Shown: positions 55,532 through 58,566 of the stretch, piece by piece | Layout: each line of letters begins with the position of its first letter | Numbering within the stretch: position 1 is the stretch's first letter | IMG/VR virus record: IMGVR_UViG_3300034106_000909 | Coordinates: 1-58,566 of that record | Source: a virus | Taxonomy: Duplodnaviria; Caudoviricetes | Length of the DNA stretch: 58,566 bases | Reading direction: 5' to 3' (one strand) | The notes under the pieces: generated by a model | Database searches by the model: none | Told to the model about the DNA's origin: nothing | What the model saw: only the letters and a program-made list of their open reading frames with translations | Position numbers and translations under genes: made by a program

Positions 55532-56404
55532 ATGACACCTACAAAACTCTCGGACAAGGTAGTCCTTGTCAAGCTGACCCTTCGTCGCGCAGCACTCACC
55601 AAGCGCGATGCGTACCTGTCAGACAAGATTCAGCGTCAAGAGGGCGATACATCGCTGACTGTGCTGACTAAGCTGTTCAAGGACAAGTCATCTGCTATCA
55701 ATGAGATCATGTCCAAGTATGGTGAGGTCTACCAGTACCACAAGAAGAACACGCTGCCATACGTAGATGCTGGCCCTCGTATCCTGCCCAATGACTTGTA
55801 CATGGAGTACACGCAGGAGATGAAGCACCGCATCGCTCAGGTGGACAACATGCTCGACACATACATGCCCATGTATGACCAGCTAGTGCAAGACGATGTG
55901 ATGTACCGCAACGCAGGCCATGCCGCTGGGCGTGCCAACGCATCCGAGTACCCCACTGCTGATGACTTCCGCATGTCCATGTCAGCCGAGTTGCGATTTC
56001 AGCCCATGCCAGACGCATCGCACTTCCTGTTCGACCTCAGTGAAGATGATGTTGCATCGTTCAAGCGTGCCGAGGAAGAAGCCGCGCAAGCTGCCAACGC
56101 TGACACTGTGCAGCGCATGCTCAAGCCCATACAAGCACTGGTGACCAAGCTGGGCGAGTACCAAGGTCTCAAGGGTGAGCGCTTCCACAACAGCCTAGTG
56201 GAGAACGTCATTGATGGATGCACACTGGCACGCAAGCTGGCAATCAACCCGACACCTGAGTTACTCGCAGATATCGCTGAGTTGGAAGAAGCCGCGCAGG
56301 GTTATCTCAAGGATGTGGAGATGATTAAGGGCTCAGCCAACAAGCGCGACGAAGCCAAGAAGAAGTTGCAAGACGTGGCGTCAAAGATGGCGATGTTCTC
56401 ATGA
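55532..56404 (+). CDS. DUF3150-like helical protein
   Basis: TKLF...TLPY...G.RILP...EYP motif pattern; lies in the AAA/vWA cluster. Confidence 0.6.
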   Translation: MTPTKLSDKVVLVKLTLRRAALTKRDAYLSDKIQRQEGDTSLTVLTKLFKDKSSAINEIMSKYGEVYQYHKKNTLPYVDAGPRILPNDLYMEYTQEMKHRIAQVDNMLDTYMPMYDQLVQDDVMYRNAGHAAGRANASEYPTADDFRMSMSAELRFQPMPDASHFLFDLSEDDVASFKRAEEEAAQAANADTVQRMLKPIQALVTKLGEYQGLKGERFHNSLVENVIDGCTLARKLAINPTPELLADIAELEEAAQGYLKDVEMIKGSANKRDEAKKKLQDVASKMAMFS

Positions 56405-56598
56405 ACTTCACTGACCTTGAGTATGTGCTGATGATCGCAGTAGCTGTGCTGCTGTGGCGTAACGCATCCGTAAAGATGTGGGCTGAGCATGAGGAACGCA
56501 GAGCCAACAAGTATTCACGCTGGCTGATAGGCGTGTATGAAAAGAAAGGAAAGATTGTGCAGAAAGACGATGGATACTTTTTTGAGGAGATCAAATGA
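56401..56598 (+). CDS. Small membrane protein
   Basis: N-terminal TM; ATGA overlaps. Confidence 0.65.
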   Translation: MNFTDLEYVLMIAVAVLLWRNASVKMWAEHEERRANKYSRWLIGVYEKKGKIVQKDDGYFFEEIK

Positions 56599-57137
56599 GC
56601 GACATGAACAACAACGAACGAGGGCGACTCACGGGTATGCCCGGTACAGAAACAACTGTGACGCTGTACCCACAACGACTAGGTGTGAGGATGCGCAACA
56701 GCATCATCCGCATGCTAGAGAACCGAGTTCTTACTGGCGGCTGGTCGTCCATGTCAAGGCAGATAGCGCAAGCACTGGCTATCAATCATGGGCTTCAGGT
56801 CGGCAGCAACAACTGGAACGGCTTACGTGTACTAGGTCTATCTGCAAAAGCAGCACCACTGATAAAGGAAGTCGTCCATGCGGACTTCACGGCGTGGGTA
56901 CTGGAAAACTCTATACGCAGCGATGGGTACTACAAAGACCAACACGACAAGGCAATGGCGAGTATCGACGCGGTAGACCAGAACTTCTACATCCCCATGC
57001 ACGACAAAGAGTCAATCCGTAAGGTTATAGAAATCTTGACAGACCATACTTCACAGGAGCTCAAAGACAAAGCAAAGCACGTAGCCAATCTGCTCAGAGG
57101 CACTGAGCCAATACATATCATCACTTTCAAGGAGTAA
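56595..57137 (+). CDS. Hypothetical protein
   Basis: GAGGAG RBS; 180 aa. Confidence 0.7.
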   Translation: MSDMNNNERGRLTGMPGTETTVTLYPQRLGVRMRNSIIRMLENRVLTGGWSSMSRQIAQALAINHGLQVGSNNWNGLRVLGLSAKAAPLIKEVVHADFTAWVLENSIRSDGYYKDQHDKAMASIDAVDQNFYIPMHDKESIRKVIEILTDHTSQELKDKAKHVANLLRGTEPIHIITFKE

Positions 57138-57139
57138 TC

Positions 57140-58249
57140 ATGGCAGTCACAACACTCGACCGTGCTAAGGTATCAATCGTTACCCAGCATCCGTTCTTTG
57201 CATCCATCCTCATGAAGCGCAAGCTCATCGAGGACAACACCATCAAGACTGCTGCTGTCGATCAGCGCGGTCAGATTTACTACAACAAGGCGTTCGTTGA
57301 GAAGCTGTCTGTTGACGAGCTTGTGTTCTTGCTGTGTCACGAGGTCGGCCATGTAATCGGTCAGCATGCACTGCGCCGTGGCACACGTCACGCCAAGAAG
57401 TGGAACATCGCAGGTGACGCATGGATTAACGACATGCTCAAGGACGCAGGCATCGGCGCTGTTATCCCCGGCTGTGTCAATATGCCCGGCTCCAAGGACG
57501 AGACAGTTGACGTCATCTACAACAAGCTGCCTGACCAGCCTGACGGCGACGGCCCCGGCGGTACTGGTGACGACCTGATCGAGCGTGGCACACCACTCAC
57601 TAGCGAGGAGGCCGACCGCATCGACGCCGAGACCCGTGTAGAGATCGCCCAAGCAGCGCAAGCAGCCAAGGCTCAGGGCAAGATGCCCGGTGGTCTGGCC
57701 AAGATCGTGGCTGACCTCATCGACGTGCAGACTCCGTGGCACGATATCCTCGAGCGTTACATGACTACGTTCACTCGCGGTGACTACACATGGGCACGAC
57801 CCAACCGACGCTTCGCTGACTGCTATCTGCCAAGCACAGGCAAGACCGCCGAGATGGGTGAGGTTGTCATCCAAGTCGACGTGTCCGGCTCCATCAGCAA
57901 GGTCGAGCTTGACCATTACAACGGTCACTTACAGCGCATCGTGTCGCAGTGCAACCCATCCCGTGTCCATGTCTTGTATGTCGACACTGCGGTAGCCAAG
58001 CACGAGGTGTTCGAGCAGGGCGAGGAGGTGGCGCTGACGTTCTACTGTGGCGGTGGCACTGACATGGAGGAGGGCTTCAACTATATCGCCAAGGAAGGTA
58101 TCAAGCCCGAGGTGTTCGTGTGCTTGACTGACGGTTACACAGACTTCAACGAAGCCAACGCGCCTGACTACCCAGTCGTGTGGTGTATCTCTAGTGACAT
58201 CAAGGCTCCTTACGGCGACAATATCGCTTTTACCTTGGAGCAACCATGA
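57140..58249 (+). CDS. DUF2201-type metallopeptidase-vWA protein
   Basis: HEVGH zincin motif and WNIAGD; MIDAS DVSGS...GGGT...LTDG. Confidence 0.88.
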   Translation: MAVTTLDRAKVSIVTQHPFFASILMKRKLIEDNTIKTAAVDQRGQIYYNKAFVEKLSVDELVFLLCHEVGHVIGQHALRRGTRHAKKWNIAGDAWINDMLKDAGIGAVIPGCVNMPGSKDETVDVIYNKLPDQPDGDGPGGTGDDLIERGTPLTSEEADRIDAETRVEIAQAAQAAKAQGKMPGGLAKIVADLIDVQTPWHDILERYMTTFTRGDYTWARPNRRFADCYLPSTGKTAEMGEVVIQVDVSGSISKVELDHYNGHLQRIVSQCNPSRVHVLYVDTAVAKHEVFEQGEEVALTFYCGGGTDMEEGFNYIAKEGIKPEVFVCLTDGYTDFNEANAPDYPVVWCISSDIKAPYGDNIAFTLEQP

Positions 58250-58404
58250 ACCCCATCGACCAGCTCGAGACTCTCATCGACACTTACAACGGCGTCTTCA
58301 AGCAGTGTTACGACGCACTAGCTGCTGATGCACCACAGGAAACACGAGATGCTCTCAGAACAGCAATCGCAGGATTCCTTGAGTCACCCGATACAGAAGA
58401 GTGA
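58246..58404 (+). CDS. Small acidic protein (52 aa)
   Basis: GGAG RBS; ATGA overlap. Confidence 0.65.
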   Translation: MNPIDQLETLIDTYNGVFKQCYDALAADAPQETRDALRTAIAGFLESPDTEE

Positions 58405-58566
58405 ACGCATCCGCGTAGAGCGGAGCAATACCGTTGGCGTGCAGGTAGTACGCAACCAGCAAGGCTGGCACGTCAACGTATCAATCAACAAGGTGCCGAA
58501 CACCAGCTACGGCCCTTTCAAAGAACCAATAACGCTCACAGAAGCGTTGGTATATGTTTCAGCACT
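58349..58566 (+). CDS. Hypothetical protein, runs off the window end
   Basis: Open frame MLSEQQ...TLTEALVYVSA with no stop before the edge. Confidence 0.45.
   Translation, partial: MLSEQQSQDSLSHPIQKSERIRVERSNTVGVQVVRNQQGWHVNVSINKVPNTSYGPFKEPITLTEALVYVSA

Larger units (their letters stand above)
1..58566. mobile_element. Tailed dsDNA bacteriophage genome (podovirus-like), circularly permuted, complete or near-complete
   Basis: Full set of terminase, portal, capsid, tail, lysis and replication genes; no host housekeeping genes; the early-gene run continues across the window ends. Confidence 0.95.

Noticed and set aside
1-58566. Lysogeny module, inteins or alternative genetic code
   Set aside because: No integrase or CI seen; core proteins are normal length; genes read through fully in the standard code

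Overview
The window is a complete or nearly complete, circularly permuted genome of a tailed dsDNA phage with a podovirus-type virion module. The host is probably a Gram-negative proteobacterium, inferred from the Rz/Rz1 spanins, an IHF site and sigma70 promoters. There are two transcription arms. The + arm (about 51.0 kb to the end, continuing 1-16.35 kb) carries small early genes, a MoxR-like AAA ATPase/DUF3150-like/metallopeptidase-vWA module, DUF3310, a MazG-like protein, family A DNA polymerase, a PD-(D/E)XK nuclease, VRR-NUC, an SNF2 helicase, an SSB-like protein and a primase-helicase. The - arm (50.3 to 16.4 kb) carries an RHH regulator, TerS/TerL, portal, scaffold, major capsid, adaptors, tail fibres, a lysis cassette, ejection proteins and four tiny basic proteins. 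I found no integrase, tRNA, CRISPR array or reverse transcriptase. The most interesting signals are non-coding: (1) a promoter- and terminator-bounded ~77-nt candidate sRNA at the convergence point that is antisense to the ribosome-binding regions of several of the phage's own early genes; (2) a ~400-nt densely base-paired segment preceded by a 21-bp direct repeat at the divergence point; (3) a repeated TGTATGTATACA operator-like motif linked to the RHH gene; (4) an iteron + IHF origin-like region. All family assignments come from motif recognition by eye, not from database searches.
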